A DNA stretch of 62,273 bases, filler included. It is 16 parts of 16 records of this genome, joined end to end, with 100 filler letters (N's around TTAATTAATTAA, not from the genome) between each part and the next. Parts side by side here need not be neighbours in the genome. Positions count along the whole stretch, not along the records: positions 43,175 to 51,638 come from SRR11831586_2022; positions 51,739 to 55,453 come from SRR11831586_2027; positions 55,554 to 62,273 come from SRR11831586_2035; 13 more parts are not named here. One strand, 5' to 3'. Below are positions 50,339 through 62,273 of the stretch, in pieces (positions within the stretch are counted from its first letter, which is position 1; each line of letters opens with the position of its first letter). The notes under the pieces are model-generated. The model made no database searches. It was not told where the DNA came from and worked only from the letters and a program-made list of their open reading frames with translations. A program made the translations under genes and the position numbers.

Positions 50339-50982
50339 CGCTGCAGCTCATCTAATGCAGGGGCGTCCAGATGCGAGATGTCCCCTGCGGTTTCAACGAC
50401 CCAGCCAGACGCCAGCCACAGGCTTTCCTGATAATCCACGCGCGAAATAGAACAGTTACGCAGACGTAAGCGGCGCTCTGCCCATGCTGGTAATCCGAGA
50501 ATCGTACTCACCAGGCATCCCAGTGCAATACCATGACTCACCAGCAGCGGTCGGCTTCCCTGCGGTAAGTCCCGGCAAGATTCCAGTGCCGCATTGACGC
50601 GATCGCTGAGCTCCTGCATTGACTCGCCTTCAGGAATACGCCCGTCAACGGTGCCATTGACCAGCTGCCGACGCCAGTTCTCTTCTTCTTCGGTCAGAGA
50701 ATCGATATGTCTTTTTTCCAGCACACCCATGTTTAATTCACGCAGGCGAGAATCAAAGATGATGTCACAGCCGCAGGCCTGGGCGATGATTTCCGCCGTA
50801 CGCCGGGTGCGTCCTAAATCGCTACTGATGATATGCGTAATGCCAAGCTCTTTGGCACGGGTTGCCACCTGCATCGCCTGTTGCTCACCTTTGGCGGTCA
50901 GCGGGCTGTCAGACTGGCCCTGAATACGTCGCTCGGCGTTCCACTGCGTTTCACCGTGGCGGACTAGGTATACCTGTAACAT
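50335..50982 (-). CDS. ytjC: Phosphoglycerate-mutase-family phosphatase YtjC (GpmB)
   Basis: RHGET motif; synteny. Confidence 0.96.
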   Translation of the reverse strand: MLQVYLVRHGETQWNAERRIQGQSDSPLTAKGEQQAMQVATRAKELGITHIISSDLGRTRRTAEIIAQACGCDIIFDSRLRELNMGVLEKRHIDSLTEEEENWRRQLVNGTVDGRIPEGESMQELSDRVNAALESCRDLPQGSRPLLVSHGIALGCLVSTILGLPAWAERRLRLRNCSISRVDYQESLWLASGWVVETAGDISHLDAPALDELQR

Positions 50983-51021
50983 GCTTTTTTTCCGTATACT
51001 GCTGTAACGTTAATTTTCTGA

Positions 51022-51546
<525 letters not shown>

Positions 51547-51548
51547 GC

Positions 51549-51638
51549 GCCTGATGCGACGCTGCCGCGTCTTATCATGCCTACCAAACATATTGAAATT
51601 ACGGGTATTTGTAGGACGGATAAGGCGTTCACGCCGCA
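51549..51638. repeat. REP/BIME elements
   Basis: GCCTGATGCGACGCT...GCGTCTTATCATGCCTAC and an inverted GTAGGACGGATAAGGCGTTCACGCCGCA copy. Confidence 0.92.
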
Positions 51639-51738
51639 NNNNNNNNNNNNNNNNNNNNNNNNNNNNNNNNNNNNNNNNNNNNTTAATTAATTAANNNNNN
51701 NNNNNNNNNNNNNNNNNNNNNNNNNNNNNNNNNNNNNN

Positions 51739-52084
51739 CACCAGCGTCGATACTAATCACGCCGAACGCGATAAACATCTTCGCAGTGCAGATTTCCTCA
51801 ATACCGCAAAATATCCACAGGCAACATTCACCTCCACCAGCGTGAAGAAAGACGGTGACGAACTGGATATTACCGGCGATCTGACGCTGAATGGCGTAAC
51901 CAAACCCGTCACGCTGGAAGCGAAATTAATTGGTCAGGGCGACGACCCATGGGGTGGTAAACGTGCAGGCTTCGAGGCCGAAGGCAAAATTAAGCTCAAG
52001 GACTTCAATATCAAGACAGATTTAGGTCCAGCTTCTCAGGAAGTGGATCTGATTATTTCAGTGGAAGGCGTACAGCAGAAGTAA
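51739..52084 (+). CDS. yceI: YceI, 5' partial
   Basis: [10 protein letters not shown] and [12 protein letters not shown] motifs. Confidence 0.95.
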
Positions 52085-52095
52085 GCGTGAAATGT

Positions 52096-52118
52096 TGCCG
52101 GATGGCACGCATCCGGCA
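52096..52118. repeat. REP-like hairpin between convergent yceI and trhO
   Basis: TGCCGGATG-GCACG-CATCCGGCA. Confidence 0.75.
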
Positions 52119-52125
52119 ATGATAT

Positions 52126-53178
52126 TTATTCTGTTGGATCAGGAATGCACAGTGTTGTATTCAGACGTCCACGAGACTTATTAAAGATCTTATTGCCATT
52201 TTCACGTCCTGCCCGACGGCGTCGCTGTTCTTCTGGCGGTAACGCGCTTTCTTCGCAGCAAATCTCACTACAACAACCTTTGTATTTTTCCGCGCATACT
52301 GGACACTGAATAAACAGCAGGTGGCAGCCATCATTTTTACAGTTGGTATGGCTGTCGCACGGCGCGCCGCACTGGTGGCAATGCGCGATAATCTCATCCG
52401 ATATACGTTCGCCCATCCGCTCGTCAAAAACAAAATTTTTGCCAATAAAACGCACCGGCAAGCCCTGCTCGCGCGCCTTACGGGCGTATTCAATAATTCC
52501 GCCCTCGATATGCCAGACTTTGTTGAATCCGTTATGTTTCATCCAGGCACTGGCCTTTTCACAACGAATGCCGCCGGTGCAGTACATGACGATTTTTTTA
52601 TCTTTATGTGCCTGCATCATCTCGACTGCTTTTGGCAGCTGCTCACGGAAGGTATCTGCCGGAATTTCGAGCGCGTTTTCAAAGTGCCCCACTTCATACT
52701 CATAGTGGTTACGCATGTCGATAAATAGTGCATCGGGATCGTCAAGCATGGCGTTCACTTCCGCCGCTTGCAGATACTCACCAACATTGCTGGCATCAAA
52801 GTGAGGATCGTCAATACCGTCGGCAACAATGCGATCGCGTACCTTCATGCGCAGTACCCAGAAGGATTTCCCGTCATCATCCAACGCGATATTCAGGCGT
52901 AAACCCTCTAAAGCCGGGTCGAAGGCATAGAGCTGCGCGCGAAATGTTTCAACATTGCTCGCAGGTACGCTGATTTGCGCGTTAATGCCCTCATGCGCCA
53001 GATACACTCGCCCAAAAACATTCAGCGCGGTAAACAGCTGATATAAAGCGTCACGGGTCGCCTTAGGATCGGCGATGTGGAAATACTTGTAAAACGAAAT
53101 GGTGGTTCGCGGTTCGCTCTCAGCCAACATTTTGGCTTTTAGCGCGTCGTTGGAAATGCGGTTGTGTAACACTGGCAT
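52126..53178 (-). CDS. trhO: tRNA U34 hydroxylase TrhO (YceA), rhodanese family
   Basis: [11 protein letters not shown] motif; start MPVLHN. Confidence 0.97.
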
Positions 53179-53402
53179 GGTGTACGGTTCCTGCGAGATG
53201 GGAAAGTAAAAATCCGCGGCATGATATAGCAATTATCGATAATTAACATCCACACATTTTACGCTACATTTGCGCATTAAAAATTATTTGTTATTTACAA
53301 GCGCGGCAATTTCGCCCAGTCTTCAGCCACAAATTTTGGTTGCGGGCGAAAAAATGCGACAATACATACAATTGCCCGAATAGGTTGAAAAACAGGATTG
53401 AT

Positions 53403-54323
53403 ATGACGAATCTACCCAAGTTCTCCACCGCACTGCTTCATCCGCGTTATTGGTTAACCTGGTTGGGTATTGGCGTACTTTGGTTAGTCGTGCAATTGCC
53501 CTACCCGGTTATCTACCGCCTCGGTTGTGGATTAGGAAAACTGGCGTTACGTTTTATGAAACGACGCGCAAAAATTGTGCATCGCAACCTGGAACTGTGC
53601 TTCCCGGAAATGAGCGAACAAGAACGCCGTAAAATGGTGGTGAAGAATTTCGAATCCGTTGGCATGGGCCTGATGGAAACCGGCATGGCGTGGTTCTGGC
53701 CGGACCGCCGAATCGCCCGCTGGACGGAAGTGATCGGCATGGAACACATTCGTGACGTGCAGGCGCAAAAACGCGGCATCCTGTTAGTTGGCATCCATTT
53801 TCTGACACTGGAGCTGGGTGCGCGGCAGTTTGGTATGCAGGAACCGGGTATTGGCGTTTATCGCCCGAACGATAATCCACTGATTGACTGGCTACAAACC
53901 TGGGGCCGTTTGCGCTCAAATAAATCGATGCTCGACCGCAAAGATTTAAAAGGCATGATTAAAGCCCTGAAAAAAGGCGAAGTGGTCTGGTACGCACCGG
54001 ATCATGATTACGGCCCGCGCTCAAGCGTTTTCGTCCCGTTGTTTGCCGTTGAGCAGGCTGCGACCACGACCGGAACCTGGATGCTGGCACGGATGTCCGG
54101 CGCATGTCTGGTGCCCTTCGTTCCACGCCGTAAGCCAGATGGCAAAGGGTATCAATTGATTATGCTGCCGCCAGAGTGTTCTCCGCCACTGGATGATGCC
54201 GAAACTACCGCCGCGTGGATGAACAAAGTGGTCGAAAAATGCATCATGATGGCACCAGAGCAGTATATGTGGTTACACCGTCGCTTTAAAACACGCCCGG
54301 AAGGCGTTCCTTCACGCTATTAA
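53403..54323 (+). CDS. lpxL: Lipid A lauroyltransferase
   Basis: Recognised sequence; [11 protein letters not shown]-terminus. Confidence 0.98.
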
Positions 54324-54330
54324 ATCTCCC

Positions 54331-54361
54331 ATGCCGGATGCTTCAGAATGGCATCCGGCAT
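54331..54361. repeat. REP-like hairpin after lpxL
   Basis: ATGCCGGATGC...GCATCCGGCAT. Confidence 0.75.
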
Positions 54362-54494
54362 TACCACAGCAAATCCCCCTGATTTAGCGATAAAAGCTCT
54401 CTGGATTGCGCCCCCTGGAAGTCGGGCGCATAATTAGTGTGCTTATCTTTTCTTCTTATGTTCACCGCGCCTGGCGCACCAACAGCGGATTGCT

Positions 54495-55453
54495 ATGTCA
54501 CCCTGTGAAAATGACACCCCTATAAACTGGAAACGAAACCTGATCGTCGCCTGGCTAGGCTGTTTTCTTACCGGTGCCGCCTTCAGTCTGGTAATGCCCT
54601 TCTTACCCCTCTACGTTGAGCAGCTTGGCGTTACCGGTCACTCCGCCCTGAATATGTGGTCCGGTATTGTCTTCAGCATTACATTTTTATTTTCGGCCAT
54701 CGCCTCACCGTTTTGGGGTGGACTCGCCGACCGTAAAGGCCGAAAACTCATGCTATTACGCTCTGCCCTCGGCATGGGCATCGTGATGGTGTTGATGGGG
54801 CTGGCACAAAATATCTGGCAGTTTTTGATCCTGCGGGCGCTTCTTGGGTTACTTGGCGGATTTGTCCCCAACGCTAATGCTCTTATCGCCACACAAGTAC
54901 CGCGTAATAAAAGCGGCTGGGCGCTGGGTACGCTCTCCACAGGCGGCGTTAGTGGTGCGTTGCTCGGCCCAATGGCTGGCGGCCTGCTCGCCGATAGCTA
55001 CGGCTTACGTCCGGTATTCTTTATTACCGCCAGTGTGCTCATACTCTGCTTTTTCGTCACCCTGTTTTGCATCAGAGAAAAATTCCAGCCGGTCAGCAAA
55101 AAAGAGATGCTGCACATGCGGGAAGTGGTGACATCACTTAAAAACCCGAAACTGGTACTCAGCCTGTTTGTCACTACGTTAATCATCCAGGTGGCGACGG
55201 GCTCAATTGCCCCCATTCTGACGCTGTATGTCCGCGAACTGGCGGGTAACGTCAGTAACGTCGCCTTTATCAGTGGCATGATCGCCTCGGTGCCAGGCGT
55301 GGCGGCTCTGCTAAGTGCACCACGACTCGGCAAACTTGGCGATCGAATCGGACCCGAAAAGATCCTGATTACAGCGCTGATCTTTTCTGTACTGCTGTTG
55401 ATCCCAATGTCTTACGTTCAGACGCCATTGCAACTTGGGATTTTACGTTTTTT
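54495..55453 (+). CDS. mdtG: MFS multidrug transporter MdtG, 3' partial
   Basis: [11 protein letters not shown] motif A; synteny with lpxL. Confidence 0.97.
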
Positions 55454-55583
55454 NNNNNNNNNNNNNNNNNNNNNNNNNNNNNNNNNNNNNNNNNNNNTTA
55501 ATTAATTAANNNNNNNNNNNNNNNNNNNNNNNNNNNNNNNNNNNNNNNNNNNNCGCAGTTGCGGTTATAGGGTTCAGTTATAT

Positions 55584-55650
55584 AAAGCCCCGATTTATCG
55601 GGGTTTTTTGTTATCTGACTACAGAATAACTGGGCTTTAGGCCCTTTTTT
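55584..55650 (+). terminator. Two tandem terminators between metY and rimP
   Basis: GCCCCGA...TCGGGGT plus T tract, and GGGCT-TT-AGGCCC plus T tract. Confidence 0.8.
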
Positions 55651-55667
55651 ATGTCTTGGGGGTGGGC

Positions 55668-56120
55668 TTGTCCACATTAGAGCAAAAATTAACAGAGATG
55701 ATTACTGCGCCAGTTGAGGCCCTGGGTTTTGAACTGGTTGGCATCGAATTTATTCGCGGTCGCACATCCACACTGCGCATCTATATTGATAGTGAAGATG
55801 GCATCAATGTTGATGATTGTGCTGATGTGAGCCACCAGGTAAGTGCTGTGCTGGATGTTGAAGATCCCATCACCGTTGCTTATAACCTGGAAGTCTCCTC
55901 ACCGGGTCTCGATCGCCCACTGTTCACGGCTGAACACTACGCCCGTTTTGTCGGAGAAGAGGTGACTCTGGTTCTCCGTATGGCGGTACAAAACCGTCGT
56001 AAATGGCAGGGCGTTATCAAAGCGGTAGACGGTGAAATGATCACAGTTACCGTCGAAGGTAAAGATGAAGTGTTCGCGCTGAGTAATATCCAGAAGGCGA
56101 ACCTGGTTCCCCACTTTTAA
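55668..56120 (+). CDS. rimP: Ribosome maturation factor RimP
   Basis: TTG start; [12 protein letters not shown] motif. Confidence 0.97.
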
Positions 56121-56147
56121 TAGTCTGGATGAGGTGAAAAGCCCGCG

Positions 56148-57635
<1,488 letters not shown>

Positions 57636-57659
57636 TAAACTGTAGCAGGAAGGAACAGC

Positions 57660-60332
57660 ATGACAGATGTAACGATTAAAACGCTGGCCGCAGAGCGACA
57701 GACCTCCGTGGAACGCCTGGTACAGCAATTTGCTGATGCAGGTATCCGGAAGTCTGCTGACGACTCTGTGTCTGCACAAGAGAAACAGACTTTGATTGAC
57801 CACCTGAATCAGAAAAATTCAGGCCCGGACAAATTGACGCTGCAACGTAAAACACGCAGCACCCTTAACATTCCTGGTACCGGTGGAAAAAGCAAATCGG
57901 TACAAATCGAAGTCCGCAAGAAACGCACCTTTGTGAAACGCGATCCGCAAGAGGCTGAACGCCTTGCAGCGGAAGAGCAAGCGCAGCGTGAAGCGGAAGA
58001 GCAAGCCCGTCGTGAGGCAGAAGAATCGGCTAAACGCGAGGCGCAACAAAAAGCTGAACGTGAGGCCGCAGAACAAGCTAAGCGTGAAGCTGCTGAACAA
58101 GCGAAACGTGAAGCTGCGGAAAAAGACAAAGTGAGCAATCAACAAGACGATATGACTAAAAACGCCCAGGCTGAAAAAGCCCGCCGTGAGCAGGAAGCTG
58201 CAGAGCTCAAGCGTAAAGCTGAAGAAGAAGCGCGTCGTAAACTCGAAGAAGAAGCACGTCGCGTTGCTGAAGAAGCACGTCGTATGGCGGAAGAAAACAA
58301 ATGGACTGATAACGCGGAACCGACTGAAGATTCCAGCGATTATCACGTCACTACTTCTCAACATGCTCGCCAGGCAGAAGACGAAAGCGATCGTGAAGTC
58401 GAAGGCGGCCGTGGCCGTGGTCGTAACGCGAAAGCAGCGCGTCCGAAGAAAGGCAACAAACACGCTGAATCAAAAGCTGATCGTGAAGAAGCACGCGCAG
58501 CAGTACGTGGCGGTAAAGGCGGAAAACGTAAAGGTTCTTCGCTGCAGCAAGGCTTCCAGAAGCCTGCTCAGGCCGTTAACCGTGACGTTGTGATCGGCGA
58601 AACTATCACCGTTGGCGAACTGGCGAACAAGATGGCGGTTAAAGGCTCTCAGGTCATCAAAGCGATGATGAAACTGGGCGCAATGGCAACCATCAACCAG
58701 GTTATCGATCAGGAAACCGCACAGCTGGTTGCTGAAGAGATGGGCCATAAAGTTATCCTGCGTCGTGAAAACGAGCTGGAAGAGGCGGTAATGAGCGACC
58801 GTGACACGGGTGCTGCGGCTGAACCGCGCGCGCCGGTTGTGACCATCATGGGTCACGTTGACCACGGTAAAACCTCTCTGCTGGACTACATTCGTTCAAC
58901 GAAAGTGGCCTCTGGCGAAGCGGGCGGCATTACCCAGCACATTGGTGCATACCACGTTGAAACTGAAAACGGCATGATCACCTTCCTGGACACCCCGGGG
59001 CACGCCGCGTTTACTTCAATGCGTGCTCGTGGTGCGCAGGCAACGGACATCGTAGTCCTGGTTGTTGCTGCCGACGACGGTGTGATGCCGCAGACCATCG
59101 AAGCAATCCAGCACGCGAAAGCGGCGCAGGTACCGGTGGTGGTTGCAGTGAACAAGATCGATAAACCAGAAGCTGATCCGGATCGCGTTAAGAACGAACT
59201 CTCCCAGTACGGCATCCTGCCGGAAGAGTGGGGCGGTGAAAGCCAGTTCGTACACGTATCTGCGAAAGCGGGTACCGGTATCGATGAACTGCTGGACGCT
59301 ATCCTGCTGCAGGCGGAAGTTCTGGAGCTGAAAGCGGTACGTAAAGGTATGGCGAGCGGTGCGGTTATCGAATCCTTCCTCGATAAAGGTCGTGGTCCGG
59401 TTGCTACCGTTCTGGTACGTGAAGGTACTCTGCACAAGGGCGATATCGTTCTGTGTGGCTTCGAATACGGTCGTGTTCGTGCGATGCGTAACGAACTGGG
59501 TCAGGAAGTGCTGGAAGCGGGTCCGTCCATTCCGGTGGAAATCCTCGGCCTGTCCGGCGTACCGGCTGCGGGTGATGAAGTTACCGTTGTACGTGACGAG
59601 AAGAAAGCGCGTGAAGTTGCACTCTATCGTCAGGGTAAATTCCGCGAAGTTAAACTGGCGCGTCAGCAGAAATCTAAACTCGAGAACATGTTCGCCAACA
59701 TGACCGAAGGCGAAGTTCACGAAGTGAATATCGTCCTGAAGGCAGACGTACAGGGTTCTGTCGAAGCGATCTCCGACTCCTTGCTGAAACTGTCTACTGA
59801 CGAAGTTAAAGTGAAGATCATCGGTTCTGGCGTAGGTGGTATCACCGAAACCGACGCCACCCTGGCTGCGGCGTCCAACGCCATCCTGGTTGGCTTTAAC
59901 GTACGTGCTGATGCCTCTGCACGTAAAGTGATTGAAGCGGAAAGCCTGGATCTGCGTTACTACTCCGTCATCTATAACCTGATTGACGAAGTGAAAGCGG
60001 CGATGAGCGGTATGCTGTCTCCGGAACTGAAACAGCAGATTATCGGTCTGGCGGAAGTTCGTGACGTGTTCAAATCGCCGAAATTTGGTGCCATCGCAGG
60101 CTGTATGGTTACCGAAGGTGTGGTTAAACGTCACAACCCGATCCGCGTTCTGCGTGACAACGTGGTTATCTACGAAGGCGAGCTGGAGTCCCTGCGCCGC
60201 TTCAAAGATGACGTTAACGAAGTCCGTAACGGTATGGAATGTGGTATCGGCGTTAAGAACTACAACGACGTCCGCACTGGCGATGTGATCGAAGTATTCG
60301 AAATCATCGAGATCCAACGTACCATTGCTTAA
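57660..60332 (+). CDS. infB: Translation initiation factor IF-2
   Basis: [13 protein letters not shown] and NKID GTPase motifs; 890 aa. Confidence 0.99.
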
Positions 60333-60348
60333 GGTTTTTAGGGTTCCA

Positions 60349-60422
60349 TGCGGGATAAGGCGTTTACGCTGCATCCGGCATGGATTGCCTGATGTGACGC
60401 TGGCGCGTCTTATCAGGTCAAC
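60349..60422. repeat. REP elements between infB and rbfA
   Basis: GGATAAGGCGTTTACGCTGCATCCGGCA and GCCTGATGTGACGCT...CTTATCAGG. Confidence 0.88.
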
Positions 60423-60453
60423 GTGAACAGCCCTTCCACCTGAAATTAATTTT

Positions 60454-60479
60454 AAAAAGGGGCTAACAGCCCCTTTTTT
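60454..60479 (+). terminator. Terminator before rbfA
   Basis: AAAAAGGGGCT-AAC-AGCCCCTTTTTT. Confidence 0.8.
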
Positions 60480-60495
60480 GTCAGGAGAATTTATT

Positions 60496-60897
60496 ATGGC
60501 GAAAGAATTTGGTCGCCCGCAGCGCGTAGCGCAGGAAATGCAAAAAGAGATCGCTCTCATCCTGCAGCGTGAAATTAAAGATCCTCGCCTGGGCATGATG
60601 ACCACCGTTTCCGGTGTCGAAATGTCTCGCGACCTGGCGTATGCCAAAGTATATGTGACGTTCCTCAACGACAAAGATGAAGACGCGGTTAAAGCGGGCA
60701 TCAAAGCGTTGCAAGAAGCTTCTGGTTTCATCCGCAGCCTGCTGGGGAAAGCGATGCGCCTGCGTATCGTGCCGGAACTGACCTTCTTCTACGACAACTC
60801 TCTGGTTGAAGGGATGCGCATGTCAAACCTGGTGACCAGCGTGGTCAAACATGACGAAGAACGTCGTGTTAACCCGGACGACAGCAAGGAGGACTAA
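60496..60897 (+). CDS. rbfA: Ribosome-binding factor A
   Basis: [11 protein letters not shown] start with AGGAG Shine-Dalgarno. Confidence 0.98.
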
Positions 60898-61841
60898 TGA
60901 GTCGTCCTCGTCGTCGCGGTCGCGACATTAACGGCGTTTTGTTGCTGGATAAACCTCAGGGTATGTCCAGCAACGATGCGCTGCAAAAAGTGAAACGTAT
61001 ATATAACGCCAACCGTGCCGGGCATACCGGTGCGCTGGACCCGCTGGCGACCGGCATGTTGCCGATTTGCCTCGGGGAAGCGACGAAGTTTTCCCAGTAT
61101 CTGCTGGACTCCGACAAACGCTATCGGGTCATTGCGCGTCTTGGACAGCGTACCGATACTTCTGATGCCGACGGACAGATCGTTGAAGAACGTCCGGTAA
61201 CCTTTAGCGCAGAGCAGCTGGCAGCGGCACTGGATACTTTCCGTGGCGATATCGAACAGATCCCTTCGATGTATTCAGCACTGAAATATCAGGGCAAAAA
61301 ACTGTACGAATATGCGCGTCAGGGCATTGAAGTTCCGCGTGAAGCGCGTCCGATTACCGTTTATGAATTGCTGTTTATTCGCCATGAAGGCAATGAGCTG
61401 GAGCTGGAAATTCACTGCTCAAAAGGCACTTATATCCGCACCATCATTGATGACCTGGGTGAAAAACTCGGCTGTGGCGCGCATGTTATTTACCTGCGCC
61501 GTCTGGCGGTAAGTAAATATCCGGTTGAACGGATGGTGACCCTGGAGCACCTGCGTGAACTTGTTGAGCAAGCTGAACAGCAGGATATTCCAGCCGCGGA
61601 GTTACTTGATCCATTACTGATGCCAATGGACAGTCCAGCTTCGGACTATCCGGTGGTGAATCTTCCGTTAACGTCTTCTGTTTACTTCAAAAATGGTAAC
61701 CCGGTTCGTACATCTGGTGCGCCACTGGAAGGACTGGTTCGCGTCACGGAAGGTGAGAACGGCAAATTTATCGGTATGGGCGAAATTGACGATGAAGGCC
61801 GCGTTGCGCCTCGTCGCCTGGTGGTTGAATACCCGGCGTAA
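60897..61841 (+). CDS. truB: tRNA pseudouridine-55 synthase
   Basis: [12 protein letters not shown] motif. Confidence 0.99.
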
Positions 61842-61893
61842 TGTTAACCGTCTTGCGATAACAGGTCGCTACGAGTAGAATACTGCCGCTTAA

Positions 61894-62259
<366 letters not shown>

Positions 62260-62273
62260 TTCTTGCGAGTTTC

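Overview
This window is not a contiguous locus. It is 16 short contigs joined by an artificial 100-nt spacer (44 N + TTAATTAATTAA + 44 N). Seven contigs are ordinary Escherichia coli K-12 chromosome: fabF-ycfH, putA/putP, hldD-waaFC, fecBCDE, yjtD-arcA-creABCD-rob-ytjC-yjjX, yceI-trhO-lpxL-mdtG and rimP-rpsO. They are most likely food or cloning-host contamination. They carry the creC R77P (creC510) allele, homopolymer frameshifts and a 454 primer-B remnant. Nine contigs come from an intron-rich eukaryote with short GT(A/G)CG(T/C)...YAG introns, CT(G/A)AC branch points and CA/TG-rich introns. Splicing those contigs by hand gives genes that the ORF track misses: a WIPI/Atg18-family C-terminus, a ciliary FAM183/CFAP144 homolog, a TMC channel, an SYCP2-like ARM-PH meiotic-axis protein, a possible MEI1/PRD1 homolog, a bacterial-type receiver domain, a Crinkler-like restriction-endonuclease-fold protein with an altered active site, an FAD oxidoreductase, a carboxylesterase, a sedolisin/TPP1 with an extra inserted domain, and a large multi-exon gene of unknown family with TGCATG-rich introns. 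The set suggests a flagellated, probably phagotrophic protist with meiotic machinery. All eukaryotic family assignments are by-eye motif matches to remembered sequences and need HMM or structure confirmation.
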